The notes under the pieces: generated by a model
Databases searched by the model: none
What the model saw: the letters and a program-made list of their open reading frames with translations, nothing else
What the model was told of the DNA's origin: nothing
Program-made: the position numbers and the translations under genes
Origin: Neoechinorhynchus agilis
Lineage: Eukaryota > Animalia > Acanthocephala
Direction: 5' to 3'
Assembly (NCBI GenBank): GCA_051530055.1
Contig: CM121342.1
Coordinates: forward strand, 16,135,480-16,199,479
DNA length: 64,000 bases
Shown here: positions 14,136 to 27,708 of the stretch, piece by piece
Layout of the letters: every line of letters begins with the position of its first letter
How positions within the stretch are numbered: the stretch's first letter is position 1

Positions 14136-16825
14136 TCAGAACAATTTGTTTATTCTTTTAAGATACATTTGCCTCCACTGTGGAAGTAAATAAAATTGTT
14201 CTTTTTTTAAACCGAATATTTTTAAAAATTCTTCGTTAGAAAGATACTGTTCCAAATGATTGCGATCCATATCTGCTGGAGTCGATCTAAGCCGATCGGT
14301 TCTAAGTTGGGAGTAGGGATAAGTAGGAAAATCCAATACTGAGATAGTAGGAATATTCGTCTCCCTTGACGAAACTGAACCTTCGTTTTGTTGAGCAAGA
14401 ATGACTACATCTAACAAAGATGGTAAATAATTATCGCCTGAGTTCCAGATTCACCTTCATCTAGTACTGAGGAATCAAGTGTTTGATCGTAGACCGAAGG
14501 ATCACAAGAGTTCTAAAAATTTCTTATTTACAAACCATGCTCTGTGGTTTTGTTTAGACTAACCCTTTTCTGCTTCATTTCATGCTCTTCTTTTACGCCG
14601 TACTCACCTGGATGCAATAAGCTGACTTGACTAAGTGAAATTTTAGGAAGATCAACTCACTGGCACTATTGTACTTTCTCCTTCGAAATTTTTGGTATGC
14701 TTTGCAATCCCGTGCTAATCGCGAAGGACTGGCGAAACTCGGGTCATGATACCGAGTTTCGGAATGCAGATTGCGAGTAGCCGATGGGCATCGAGCATAC
14801 CTCCAGGGCATCACAATTTCCGTCTGGATTATAAGCATTGTTTGAAAAAACCGGGCTTTTAAACTTACATCATTCTTTAAATGTTTTAAGACCGTCTCGA
14901 CAACGCCAAAGTGATTCAGGTCTAAAGAAATTTCCTTTTTGGTACCCAATTTAGCACCCTTTGCCGGTTGTCCGAATGTTATAGTGGCATCGCCTTCTTT
15001 AGCAGACAATGATGATTCATTGAGCCACTTATAGCAGTGTTTTCGTACTAAAGTTTAATGTGCGTTACGATTTTCTAGATTTTTCGCTATGACGACGCTC
15101 TATAACGGTGAATTTTACTTGATGAATTTCTGCAATCAAATTGTACGCCTATTTAACACTAGCTGGGATTGTATGAGGCGTGAGTTTTAATAATAATAGC
15201 TAGGAATGCAGAAAGCTCCACTTTGTTCATTACAGTTGGAACTCTACGTAACTTTAAAAATATAAAAGATTTCGACGAAATCGCTGGACCCAACGCGCAG
15301 AGGTGTTAGTAGGGACTATTTCAGACGTCCGTAGATGACACAGTGAAAAGCAAATCGATTCATTGTGCTCTTTCAAAAAAAGATATTATGCTTTCTAAGC
15401 AGGGGTTTATGATAAACAAAATTCGAAGCAGTGAAAGGTTTTGCGCGACGGAATATTTTTTTAAGCGAATGCAAGTAAATAATTAGTTTTGAAGTTCCTT
15501 TTGGGCTTCGGTAAAAGCAAGATCGGACGCTAGCCTGTTTGGCATAATGCCTTCGGCTGACATTAAAACGGTAACAGCTTTCGGAAAGTTAATCCATCTC
15601 TATTTCCAGAGCAGACACCATTGAGAAAAATGTCAATTTTAAACAAACAAAAATACTGATCTTTTGACTGATGTAATATTTGTCAGCTCTGTGAAAAGTC
15701 TGCTTTTGACAGGAACAATGTCATTAAGGGTACATCCTAGTCGCATAGCGCATGAAAAATGACAATCCATTATCCAATTTTAAACTAATATTTCCTACTT
15801 ACGTTCCGGAACAGCGGCTGGAAGTAAAGGTGAAGGCCATGCGAGGGTTTCCATTCGTGTTGGATTGCACGGATTGGGTTCATATCCACCGGAAAATCGC
15901 GCAAGTTTACGAGGTTCGATTGTGTTCTCATGAATCGAGGTGCTCGAGGACGTTTTGGACTCATCCCCGGTACGCGGATGATGTTCCAAGATTAAGCTAT
16001 CCGGACTGGTTGCTAAGTCCCGACGTACAGCACTTCTGATCGATGCCTGACTTGAAAGCAGTTTTTTCATTTCTCAAAAAAAGAAAATATTTTAATTAAT
16101 CAATATAAATATACACTAACCGGAGTCTGTTTTGTATGGAAGTTTGTATGATGGATAGCTCCGATAGCTGAAATTCACTAAAAGGTTTCTCATTCTAATC
16201 ACTAAAAAGAAACTCTTCATACCGGGTCGATGAAAGTGTTGTAGATTTGCCGGCGGCTCCACCGATCTTTCTCTTACCAAATTGCACTCATTTCCAAGGT
16301 AGAAAACGAGTGGAGGGCAGTGGTCGTCATGCCTTGTTCGATGATGGTGGATATCTTAAGATTCACGAAGATGGATAAGCCGCATAAACAACCAGAAACG
16401 TACGTTGAGACAAATCGGTGGTTGTTGTAACGTCTGATACAGTTCGCCCTAAATGACATAACAAGATAAATCCGATTTTTAGGGCTTACCAGCTTGGACA
16501 TCGTAATTGTGAACTTCTGAAGTGAATTCACTGCTGTTATCATACGAGTTTTCATCCATTTGAGTTTTAATATTGGAGAAAGTTGAACGTGCCTCACTAA
16601 CGTCCTCATCTTTTTGCTTGGACGAGGACGAAGAAGCCAGTTTCCAGTGCCTCTTCTTCCTTCGTTTCCGCTGACTGTTTTTTTTCGGTTGCAGAATAAT
16701 AAGCATACAGCACTTTTTAAAAATCAATATTACCTCCCATTAGTCATGAATATGTCGACATTTTTTGTTTGATTAAACTCTTCACCCGCCTTGGTTTTAT
16801 TAATTTTTCGGAAAAATGAAAACAT
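14136..16825 (-). CDS. abLIM/dematin-family actin-binding protein with C-terminal villin headpiece; no LIM domain found
   Basis: Headpiece LEQYLSNEEFLKIFGLKKEQFYLLPQWRQMYLKRINKLF; family motifs HFHRP, LARFSGGYEPNP..METLAWPSP and RYHDPSFASPSR. Exons can be joined with GT-AG introns; exact exon set uncertain. Confidence 0.75.
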
Positions 16826-18959
16826 CTAGAAGCGACGGTCAGTAGTAGCGCAAAAGGCCAAACGCTTTGAGCTCTGGGCTTATAAGAACACGATGGCTGT
16901 TACGAGAGCAGTCCAAAAAGATCTTAGCTTGTCTTCATTCTTGCATAATCATTGGAGGGAAAACACATTAGCGAAGGAGTCTATCCGAGCAGCATTATTG
17001 GTTTTGTATGGGAACCGAAAGGCGAAAAAAGACATGTTGGTTGGCTTTTACTACGCGTGTGTAAAGGAGCGGAAGGAGGCGGATTCGCCGTGGTAGAATA
17101 AAATTTGAGTGTGAAGTAAGAAGACTAAGAGTAATTACTTTTCTGTTAAAGTGTACCGTTGTTTCCTATGCGTGCAAATATAATCCATTGAGATGATTAA
17201 AAAGTTACTACTCTTTGCTTGTACTTGGCCAAATACATTTTGCTTTCTATGTCCTAAAGTAGATATAATGGTCAGAAAGGCATCGCAAAAACGGAACATC
17301 CTTTAGGATCCTGGTAAGACGCATATGGATGACCGAGTTATCGTGTAGAATAATGCTAACCCCCAGGAAAGAACGTATTTTTACGATCCGTCTATATGGT
17401 TTTGCAAAAAAGGGTTTTATGGAACCTGACAGTTTATCACCCGTAGATAAAAGTGCTCCCATGAGTGTATTCTCGGAAATGATCACACATCGAGAATGTT
17501 AAAAACGTGAGGAGCGATGTAGTGATAAAGATGAATTCAGAGTTTCGTTAATGTAGTTAATAGTTGTATAATAATGGCACCAAGAATGATTGTAGCGCGA
17601 TGAGATGCCTAAGCATTTTTTCCACCTGAGATACCGGAAGTGGCGGTATTCATTCTGTGATCATTATAAAGTTTAGTTGAGACAAGAATTTGAAAGTTCA
17701 AGAGATCAAAAAATGGACGGCAGTTTGTAAAAAAATTCAATACTCGACAATCATTCTCAGAGGGAATGCGACTCCAAGATGGGTAAATAGAGAATATCGA
17801 AAGTGCGAATGTCTAGACAACTCGAATGGTTTAAATCTCAACCCAGCAAAAAGTTCATTTATTTGAGCCGGTGTGTTTATAGATGGTCACGAAAATTGGA
17901 ACGATATAATTTACTTAGAATAATGCTCACTGAAATACTTCTAATTATTCCACTTTAAGCAATAATTCTAATACTAAAATTAAGACAATTAAACATCAAA
18001 ATTGCGATGCAGATACAGATTCTCAAAATGATAGAGGAGAATGATTTCAATGAAACTTTAGCATGCATTATAATTATGTCAGTTAAGAGTTTGTTCGGAC
18101 GAAGTGCTTGGCAAGAGTTCTTTAAAAAATTTAGTTGTCAAATATTACTTGCTATAGTGCACTTGGTTTCAAAGCATTTTTATAAAGAACAAGGGAAAAG
18201 CATAGGGAGAAAAAGCACTTAATGAGAATAAAGTTTAAACATATTACGAATTTGGTTCTTTATTTGAATTTCGTACATTTGAAAGGATTTAGACTCAAGA
18301 CTAAATTCATAATGCGCGCTTACAAAAAGGAGAAAATTGATGCTAAAGTATTGCAAATAAATCGAATTTTTTAAAGTGAGATATCGTATGATTATGTATT
18401 GAGAAGCGTCTGTAAAGATGACTGATTGGACTCTACAGCAAAGAGACTGTCGATAGTGAAAGGAATTTTATGTGCGTTCATTTATAGGAGGGACAGCAAT
18501 CTTTGAATAACGTAGACCTCGAATAATCTAGGATCTCTGATTATTAAAGAAGAACAGATTGTACGCGTTTACCGGTTGCTGGGAATTATGTCAGACAAGT
18601 GCAGCAAGGCCACAATTGTCGGAAGTAGGTTTACATACCGAAAAGACTGGGGTCTGGACCCTCCGCGGGCGCGTGAGAGTGGCATTTATTTGCCAAAGGT
18701 GAACATTTTTCGTCTTCATGTGGAGTCAGAGACTTGCATCAAAACGGCGGTTCTCCAGGGCGGATGATGAATTGCCATTATACACAAAAACGCACCAAAG
18801 CATATCTTGTTCACGGCATTCTAGAGAATAATGCTTCTTTTTCTACTACGTGGAGACAGATTGCTGCGATTTTTGTTCTATCCGGAAATGATAAAATTAA
18901 GCTAAAGTAATTCTATGAGTGCACATCGGATAGTTCGCCACCGTTCTGAATGCTCCTTA

Positions 18960-19154
18960 GAGCATAGTTATCATTTTGGACCGTCCACGGTGGCATTATC
19001 TTTGTTTCAAGATTTAATAGAGGCAACCAGAGACTCAAGAGCAGGTGTATTCCTTCAACAAAATATCTCGCTAGCAGTACAACGAGGCAATACTGCCAGC
19101 GTGATGGCGACAGTCGAGGAAGGACAAAAGCTGGAATTTGGCGGGAGGTGGTGA
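18960..19154 (+). mobile_element. CRE-clade retrotransposon 3' end fragment
   Basis: TRDSRAGVFLQQNISLAVQRGNTASVMAT...GGRW, nearly identical to the 35911-36096 copy. Confidence 0.8.
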
Positions 19155-20289
19155 GTGTGCTTAAAACAGATCGTTCGAATTGTTAAAAATATATTATGTT
19201 TTTCACCCAGAAAAAAATTTATCCATGTTTGTTTATGGTGGAAAAATTAAAGGAATTTATTACATCTGATATTTCAGCACAATCTAGTACGCCTTTATCA
19301 AGGTATAAAAACACGCATGGGGAAACCTGCGACAAGAAAGATGCATTTTGATTTCGAAAAATCAATCGAACACGTTTTTGATTCCATACTTCAATTTTTT
19401 CAATAAGGCAAACTTATAGGTGCTACCACTATAATGATAACATTTCTTTATGGAACCAAGTAAAAAGTGAATAATCTTTAACACGCAAGACGCTTGCAGT
19501 GCCGTGCACGATACTCGTGAACGGAAGTAAAATGGTCTTAATGGAATATAAAGGCGAGTTTACTAAAGAAATTCGCGTTCTCCGCCCAAATGGACAAAAA
19601 TATTTCTTAAAAGCTTTACGGTTTTTTTAATTGTCTTGAAATGAAGGTAGAATTGTTGTTCTAATAAGAAGTTGCACCATCATTTCTCGATGAGAAACTT
19701 GACATCCAGATAACACCAGGACGACGAATTATTGAAAACATTTCTTTGAAACGAGATATTATAGGGAATCGTGGATGTTATGGACCAAATTTTGTAACGT
19801 ATCTTCGTGGCTCTTTTGCGAATCAATTGCATTATTGTATGGTGCCCAATGATTAGCGACAATCTGACAGCTCGATATTATAAGCACCGCAACTAAACGA
19901 TTAATACCAGAAAATTGTAGAAGATCGCTGAAAATCCATTTTCGGGCAAGTGCACTAAAGTCATAAGCCTTCTATTCGATTATTATGCTGTGTGCGTGAC
20001 CATAACATTCAAATACGCTTCATTTTTAGCAATGATTGAAACAATTCAACTAATGAATCTGACTGAACACGTTTGCGATTTAGATCACTAGGTGTTGGCA
20101 TTGCACTTTAGAAAACCTGAGGGTGAAATTCGAAACTTTAAGTTCTAACACTTCACAAGATTAAGAAGAAATGATCAGTCACAAAAGTCACCAACGATAA
20201 TCATGTTTTAAAAACAAAGACGCTGCATTATCATTTCAGATTTGGCGCAATTGACAAATGTAATTTCTGCATAATCAACTAAAAACTGA

Positions 20290-23100
20290 TTTTCTACAAA
20301 GGCAAGCTTCTAAGGCCCGTCGCAATAACTCCCCAGACTCTCCCCGTATACAAAAGGTACTTACTAACAAAATACCTATCAACCGCAAAAACTTCCTTTC
20401 CTTTAAAATTCGATCAGATGGCAACTCAACATGGTGGCAGGCCGTCAAGGACTCTCTTGGTCAACGCCACCCGGATCCCTTCCCTAATTTGTTCTCCACT
20501 GAATTTAAAAAGGTTAAAGATTCCGTTAATCAGAACCTCTGCCAGCTCAATATCAGTCTGCACACAATCTTTCGCACCCACAGCTGAAACTTTTGTCAAC
20601 TCACCGATACTCCCCTTAGTTTCGTCATACGAAGTACTCCAGTATCTCAAGAAATTACCTCGAAATTCGTCCTCTCAATCCAAAATCCCAAACTGGGCTC
20701 TTCGCTGCATCATCCCCGAACTCATCGACCCTCTTACCCACATTTTTTCCAGAAATTCACCAATTTATTGTTTGGAGATATAAACATAATTATTCGCCGC
20801 CCTCGTCCTCAATTTTTGCCCGAATGCTTGCAGGGTTGCCTCTCAACACGGCGATGCTGATATTTTGAACCAGGTATTGACCTGACCTTGCATCACCGGT
20901 TATAACCTGAAGGCGTCGCTTCAGATCCCTCGGGAGTTGAAGAGCCTCGCTACCAAGAGATCCGTAGGTCTCAACCCCAAAAGGCACAAACACATGGGTC
21001 CAGGCTAAATCGAGGTATTTCGCCATTTTCCGCCCTTCCGCAGCGCTCGCTGCACCTGCAGCTTTAACCACCGAGAACTTGAGATTGCTGGCCGCGAGTG
21101 TATCGACACAAGTGGCGTCCCAGAGGAGGCATTTACCCTCCCGCCAAGGAAATACGGTCACCCCATCAGGTCTACGCCCGTCGTCCTTACAGAGGTTGGC
21201 AGGTTCCAAAATATTGGTGGCATGTACCGTAACAAGTACCCGGCTCCGCACCATTTTAATTTCGGCAAGTCTTGCGAATCTGCCGGCTGATTTTCTACAG
21301 ATGAGACCATGACGTCCCGATGAATCCACATTTGCACCGCAGCGGCAACGATAGGGATGACACATCGGTAGTCCAAGTCTCATTGAAACTCCGACCCATA
21401 CTGCCTCGTCGGAGAGGAGAATACCCACAGATGCCAGCGGGACTGCGTTCAACCAAGCATTTGATTCTCTAGTGGAGACTGCCAACAACCTGGCACGGAC
21501 AACGTCGTCGCTTGAGTCTGATAAGAGAGAGCTTTGAACTCTTGCGACGAGGGGTCGATCCCACACAGATTGTTTTTGGCCATTCACAGGTACTTAATCG
21601 GAGTTGGTCAGTGTACACCACTCACTGATTCCCTCTTCAAAATTCCCACATTATAAACCTCAGCTTTTTATATGGCAGCCTGAAAACTGCTAAAGTTATC
21701 CTTGTTCCAAAAAAGGGCATCCTATTTCGGCCGAATCATTCCGTCCAATATCTATTCTACCCACTTTCAAAAATCATCGAAAAAGTGTTTTAAATCTCGC
21801 CTGATTTCACTTCTCTACGAAAAGCTATCGCCCCTACAATTTGGCTTCCGGCCCAGATTTTCTGCAACCGATGTCCTACTTTCCATTTATGACACGCTGC
21901 TACGTAACCTCGACAATAATCTCCCCCACGTCACCAGTTTCATTCAACTTGATTTATCTAAAGCTTTCGACTCAGTGTACCATTCATTCACTCCTTCTCC
22001 GGGCCTGTTCCGACTTTGGTCTCAACTTGTGGCAAATCCGCTGGCTCGAATCTTATCTTCACACCGAAGACGTAACTCAAGGTGCTGCTCTGTCACCACT
22101 TGTTTAATATTTTCTTGAACGAATTTAAACCGCTCTCGTCTCACTCTAAACTTTTCTTATACGCCGACGATCTCACCCTCATCACTCAATCACCCTCCCA
22201 CTTCTCCCTCTCCTTAACATCTAACGAAATCATCTACATAAAAGATTTCTGCACCAATCACAAATTCCACCTGAATTTCTATAAATGCTTCGAAATGATC
22301 CCTTCATTCTCCTCCAACCCCACATTCTCCCCTGAGCTTCTAAATTACATCCTGCGAGTAACCTCCCTAAGAATTCTGGGTATCCAATTTAAATCAAATT
22401 TGAAATGGCACTGGCACATCACTCTCTCCCTCAAGCACAACACCTTAAAAAATTAATCTCCTAAAACGCCTCCGATATTTAGGAATCCCTTCACCCGATC
22501 TCTACAAATTTTGCTTATGCTTTATTTTACCCTCCCGCACCTACGGTTAACCCATAATTTGCTACCTATCCAAATCTGTCGTCTTGGAATGTTTAGTAAA
22601 AGAGCATCCAAAATTTGCACAACTTACTTCCCCCTCTCACCGAACGCCTTGATGCTATTTTCATAAAACAAACCAAACGCATCTCAACTCTATCACCACA
22701 ATTTCTACACATATCGCCCTCTTTTCACCCCTCAACCTCGCACCTTCCTATACCTATGCTCGTTTACATGCTGCCCAATAGTTTCGGGTATCATAACTTG
22801 AAATGAACCTGGGGAAAGACGAACCTTACGAGCACTCCTACAAACAATAACCGCCAATTCCCACAAAAACGGGCCTTCCAAGCAAACGGATATTCTCAAA
22901 CGAGCGGACACATTCTCACCCGAACGAACCGTCCCCGACTGGATAGTTCTCCCCAGAATAGTTATCCCTCCGACCAGATATAACCTCCCGAACGGACATC
23001 CCTCGACTGCATATTCCCATATTAACGGATGAGGACCCAAAGGTACATGGGCCTCCTAACCTTTCTTTGTATTTTAAATAAACGTTTTATTATTATAAAT
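20290..23100 (+). mobile_element. CR1/L2-group LINE (RT region, frameshifted), split by a nested CRE element
   Basis: LIDPLTHIF / KTAKVILVPK / FRPISIL / LDLSKAFDSV / QGAALSP / LYADDLTLI / LRILG motifs across frameshifts; C-rich sense strand; 3' end AATAAACGTTTTATTATTATA. Boundaries approximate. Confidence 0.8.
20755..21620 (-). mobile_element. CRE-clade non-LTR retrotransposon 3' portion (zinc knuckle + restriction-like endonuclease) nested in the LINE
   Basis: ORF 20790-21587: CRCGANVDSSGRHGLIC, RRPDG, WDATCVDT, FVPFGVETYG, QNISIAVLRGNPASI. Confidence 0.88.
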
Positions 23101-23652
23101 AAATGGCGGGCCTCAGCATAACTGATAAAAATTATTTCGTATTGCTCATGGTTCTTTTGCTCAATACGATTGGTAGGAACTATTAAGACCTTGAATTATC
23201 AAGCGTTCGACGTTAAATAAAATCTCTGCTAGATCGACACATAGATGATGTTTCTAGATAAATAAGGTTCAGCGAATTTAACTTTATAATGACTGCTGAT
23301 ATCTATTTGGATGAATATAAGCGTTAAAATTCTAATTGTTTTATTATCCATTATAAACCGATAAAAATTTCAATCACGTATTGAACCATGATGAAAACTG
23401 CAGTGTTAAAAACAAACTTCAAATCGCAGTATTGAGTTCTGGAATTTTAGGCTTCCGTCACAAACAAGGGGGATCAGGTTGGTCAAAAGTTGCGAACCTT
23501 TAACTTAAGAGTATTTTAATGCGTAATCAAAAAGGAAATGATTAAATTGCCTCAACAGTCGAAGAATACTTTAGAGCTAGGCGTCAAAATCTATCTCAAA
23601 GAATATATAGCCCTTTTCCAAACCGACAAAGTAAACGAGCAAGCTATTTTAT

Positions 23653-25524
23653 TCACTTAGAGTTTACATGAGTCCTCATGCAATATCCTTTAAGCTTCAA
23701 AACCGGACATTCGCTATCGGAAAACAAACAAATTCTCTTTCTTACATTGCACTTATCTGAAATAGAAACAAGATTCGCCTTGAGATCAAAGTAGCCACTT
23801 TGCTTAATAATACTTTTAATTCCACCAGAAGACTTCGTCATGATAAGTAAATCTTTTTTATCCATATGCTTGTAGATATCAGCCAGTGATAATGTTTCGT
23901 TGTCAATCACCAAACGTACTACTTTCCTTAGCAAACCTTCGGTATCTTCGAGTTTTACATGATTCTGAGAGCTTCGTTTTTTGTCGGTGAACATTTGATC
24001 GCTCATAGATCCACCGTACTTTAGGTATATGCTCCGAATATCGTCTCCGGATCTTGCGTGGTCATTAACTAATCCTATAATACACTTAGCTCGTGTTGAA
24101 GGAATACGAAGTTTATCTATCAAAACGCGAAATCCTAGGTCATCACTCATTTTCTTCAAAATTGCTAAATAACGCTCATATACAGACGAAACGTTTTTTG
24201 TCTCTTCTAAACTTGAAAAATCACATGACTTGAATTTTCCGTGAAATCCGTATGGACAGCAAGGGATTATTTAGAAGATTTTTTAGAAAAATTCTCAAAA
24301 ATCTTTTAATTAAGATAAAATTGCTTTTATTGCTAGCGGCAATCAGCGGCACCCATGGAGTTAACTCGTCGCCATGATTGTTTATTAAGAAATCGAATTC
24401 TTTAAATTGATTCCAAGAGTCCCAATTGTGCAGGCATAACTGAATCTCTCTTAAATCACAATCTGATCCAAATAAATCCCATATTCTTCGTTTTCGCATA
24501 TCTATGCCGGTTCCAATGAAACCGCATTCCTTAAGTAGATACACCAAAAGTCCGTTTCCACAACCAATGTCCAAAAACCGTAGGGGTAGCGAATGCTGAG
24601 ACCATAAACTAATCAGGTAAGCTGCGATGTTCAAGTCTTCGTGAATAAACTTTGATGAGTCTGTAGATTCAGTCCAGTTTTTCTTTAGGTGAGTAGAATG
24701 GAGTTCTTTAATAAGGAAATCTGATCATTAAATGTTGGGAAATTAAATATGATAGGTTCACGTGAACAAAAATCTAAAGTGCTTTGATATAATTCCAGAC
24801 AAGTCTCGTAAATTATTTTATTGAGCATGAAGTTCAACATTTCAACAACAAGAATGGTTTTTAAATTCAGACGTAAGACTAAAATTTAGAAATGTAAGGG
24901 TTTTGTAAAAAAATTAAGCATCTAAAAGTTGTTGAGTTTTGGGTATAACTCGATGCTGATGAAGATTTGTTTTTGTACTTACAAAAGGATCCGAAAACAC
25001 TGCCTAAAAGCAGACCAGATTATTCGCCTTCGGTTGTACGTATCGTAGTAGAATTGTATATCAATATGCTTGAGGGTGCTTATGTCCGTTGAGCAATTCT
25101 CAATCGAAGACCAATTGCAGATCTTTCGAAACAACACATTCTGTATCCAACCATTGGGTTCCTCTTCAAAAAGGCAGGCAATTCTTCTACTTTCATCAAA
25201 TTTAAACCGATAGGCGGTTTTAATCGAAATCGATTCTTGACTGCAATTTGTTTCAGTTTCGCATTTTTGCGGAACGAAAGTGTATTGATTACAGTCAATG
25301 TACACTAACTCACTTGAACTCATTACACCCCATTTGTTAGAACGGTATAGAAGTTTTCTTTGGACTTGGTATGTGTCCGTTTCGTTTAAAAGTTCACCAA
25401 TAACACAAGCGAATAATCTTCGGTTTATAACCTGAGGCTTTTTGATGTAGATCATGCATGCAGCTCGAAAATCGGACTGACTGCAGTGCACTGGAATTGT
25501 TGTTGTGCATTTCCAATCAATCAT
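23653..25524 (-). CDS. TRMT44: tRNA (uracil-O2'-)-methyltransferase TRMT44; three segments separated by two non-GT-AG inserts
   Basis: KPQVINRRL, KFIHED, FLDIGCGNGLLVYLL, GIDMRKRRIW, NHGDELTPW, PCC, C-terminal C/H cluster. Segments 25524-25030, 24718(or 24712)-24310 and 24266-23653 join into an open frame of about 503-505 aa. Confidence 0.85.
24267..24309 (-). other. 43-nt hairpin insert in TRMT44 CDS (candidate non-canonical intron)
   Basis: 18-bp inverted repeat (16/18) with a 3-nt loop and TTAA/ATAA flanking repeat. Removal restores FILIPCC. No GT or GC donor. Confidence 0.75.
24719..25029 (-). other. About 311-317 nt insert in TRMT44 CDS with imperfect terminal inverted repeat (candidate non-canonical intron)
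   Basis: Ends AAGG..AATCTGGTC / GATCAGATTTCCTT. In-frame removal gives YNR(FL)IKELHSTHLKKNW. The strong GTAAGT donor inside is out of phase with the CAG acceptor. Confidence 0.6.
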
Positions 25525-25789
25525 AAGATATCTGCATAAAATAGAATAAAGGAAGAAAATAATTCCGAAGTTTTAATCTGATTTGCCTTTAAAGGCGTGA
25601 TATTGATCATTATCCAAAACTGACAGCAAATTTTCTCTTAATAATCGCTAAAATCATTCAATGTGAGGCTGAAAGGACTCTGTAATATTTAGGGTATGAA
25701 TAGGAAACCGTAAATGATTGGCTATAGTAAACGTCTACTCTATATCTTAAGCATTCGACTCGGTAGGCCATTCATTACTCCTTCAAGCC

Positions 25790-26825
25790 TTTTCGATTTC
25801 GGTCAAAACGCATGACAGATCATCTGTCTACCCCTTCTCGATTACCCTATCCTTTACAAAAGGTGTACCTCAAGGTGCGATCCCTTCACCACTTGTTTTT
25901 AATATTTTCTTAAACGACCTCAAACCTCTCTCCTCTCTAAACTCTTCTAATACGCCGACGATATCACCCTCATGACCCATTCACCAACCACCTCTCCCTC
26001 TCCTTAACCTCTAAAGAAATCACACACAAAAGATTTCTGCACCAATCACAAACTCTACCTAAACTTCTTTAAATGCTTCGAAATGATTCCCTCATTTTCC
26101 CGCAACACCACATCATACCCTGAGCTTCTAAATGACATTCTACGAGTCACATCCCTAAGAATTCTGGGTATCCAATTTCAACCAAACTTGAAATGGCACT
26201 GGTACATCACTCTCTTCCTCAAGCACAGCACTTTTGAAATTTATCTACTCAAACGCCTCTGACATTTAGGAATACCTTTACCCGATCTCTACAAATTTTG
26301 CTTATGCTTTATTTTATCCCCCGCATCTACGGTTATCCCATCCTTTGCTACCTATCCAAATCCGTCGTCTTGAAATTCTTCATAAAAGAGCATCTAAAAT
26401 TTGTACAATTGACTTCCCACTCTCTCCGAATACCTTGATGCTATTTTCATAAAACAAACCAAACGCATCTCAACTCTATCACCACAATTTCTACCGCATA
26501 TCGCCTCTTTTCACACGAGCACAACACTCGTAATTCCAATTCGTTTCATCATCTCTCGATCTCGCACCTCCCTATACCTACGCTCCTTTCTCCATGCTGC
26601 CCAATCTTGTCGGATATCATGATTAGAAGTGAACATGAGGAAATACCCAACCTCACAAACTCTCCTACAAACCAAATCCACTAATTCCCATCCGATTGAA
26701 TCCGTAATCCACTCCAAAATCAATAACCACATTCATTTTACTAATCAAAACCAGAATGTTTATAAGGACCCAAAGGTATATGCGTCTCATTCTTTTTGGA
26801 TTAGGAAATGAACGTGTTATTATTA
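25790..26825 (+). mobile_element. 5'-truncated CR1/L2-group LINE copy
   Basis: Highly similar to 22000-23100 (shared stretches CCTAAGAATTCTGGGTATCCAATTT and TTGAAATGGCACTGG); ends with AACGTGTTATTATT. Confidence 0.85.
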
Positions 26826-27708
26826 ATTCATCTACTTCTCAAATTTAAATATAGGTCAAAATACTTCTATTTGTTAATCATAAATTCAACGCTTGCTAGG
26901 CTGTAAGGAGACTCCTTATTTAATAAGTTTAGTCTTTAGCAAATTTCGGATCGATATTCCATGAATTCACATAGAACATTCTGATACTACATAGAATTCA
27001 CTTATATTAAAAAGTCTAGAATTGAGCTAAGCTCATGATAGCAGAAGGTAGCGACAAAAATCCATTTGAATACATGGAGGAAATATTTGTCTTTGTGTCA
27101 ATTGAACTCCAGGGGTTTTAGTATTTCACTCGCGGTAGAATATCAATTTCTGGTGCCGTCCAGCTTCGATTTAATCGATATTCTGCAATCAATTTCAGCA
27201 TCATTTTGAGTGAAACAACGAGGAACAGATCGAAATGCGGTTAGGAAGATCTTTGAACGCGAGTTCATTCGTGTAGTTCATTGCGGAAGAGTAGAAACGG
27301 GTGACTCTATGAGGTAAAAGAACCCGTTCGATCTGGATGTACGATTAGAATTCTTTTCCTATTGGAGTCTTCACTACTAAGGGACGCACCTAACTGCTTT
27401 GATCGATCGTAGATGGCGCAGCATCTCCAACTGAGTTGTTACAATACGACACCCAAAAGTCTGACCAAAATCCCAGTTATTCGAAGCTTCGACGAATGCA
27501 CGTCTCCTCGTGATACAGATCTTCTCCCATTGACATCTTTGCGATACTGTGCTTGTGGGCGTATCAAGCAATTCCTCAAGAAGACTGACGTCTCTGAAAG
27601 TATTTACCCAATTCTGATAAGTATTCGGTTAGGACGAGTGGTCACCGCATCTCTGTTGTCCTGCGACTGCATTCCTCCTTCCAACAGCAAGGATTCCCAT
27701 CATAAGAA

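Noticed and set aside
19500-19855. Two exon-like open segments on the plus strand
   Set aside because: No recognisable family and upstream phases could not be reconciled; too weak to annotate.
27060-27700. Coding-like composition head-to-head with integrin beta
   Set aside because: No continuous frame or known motif could be assembled.
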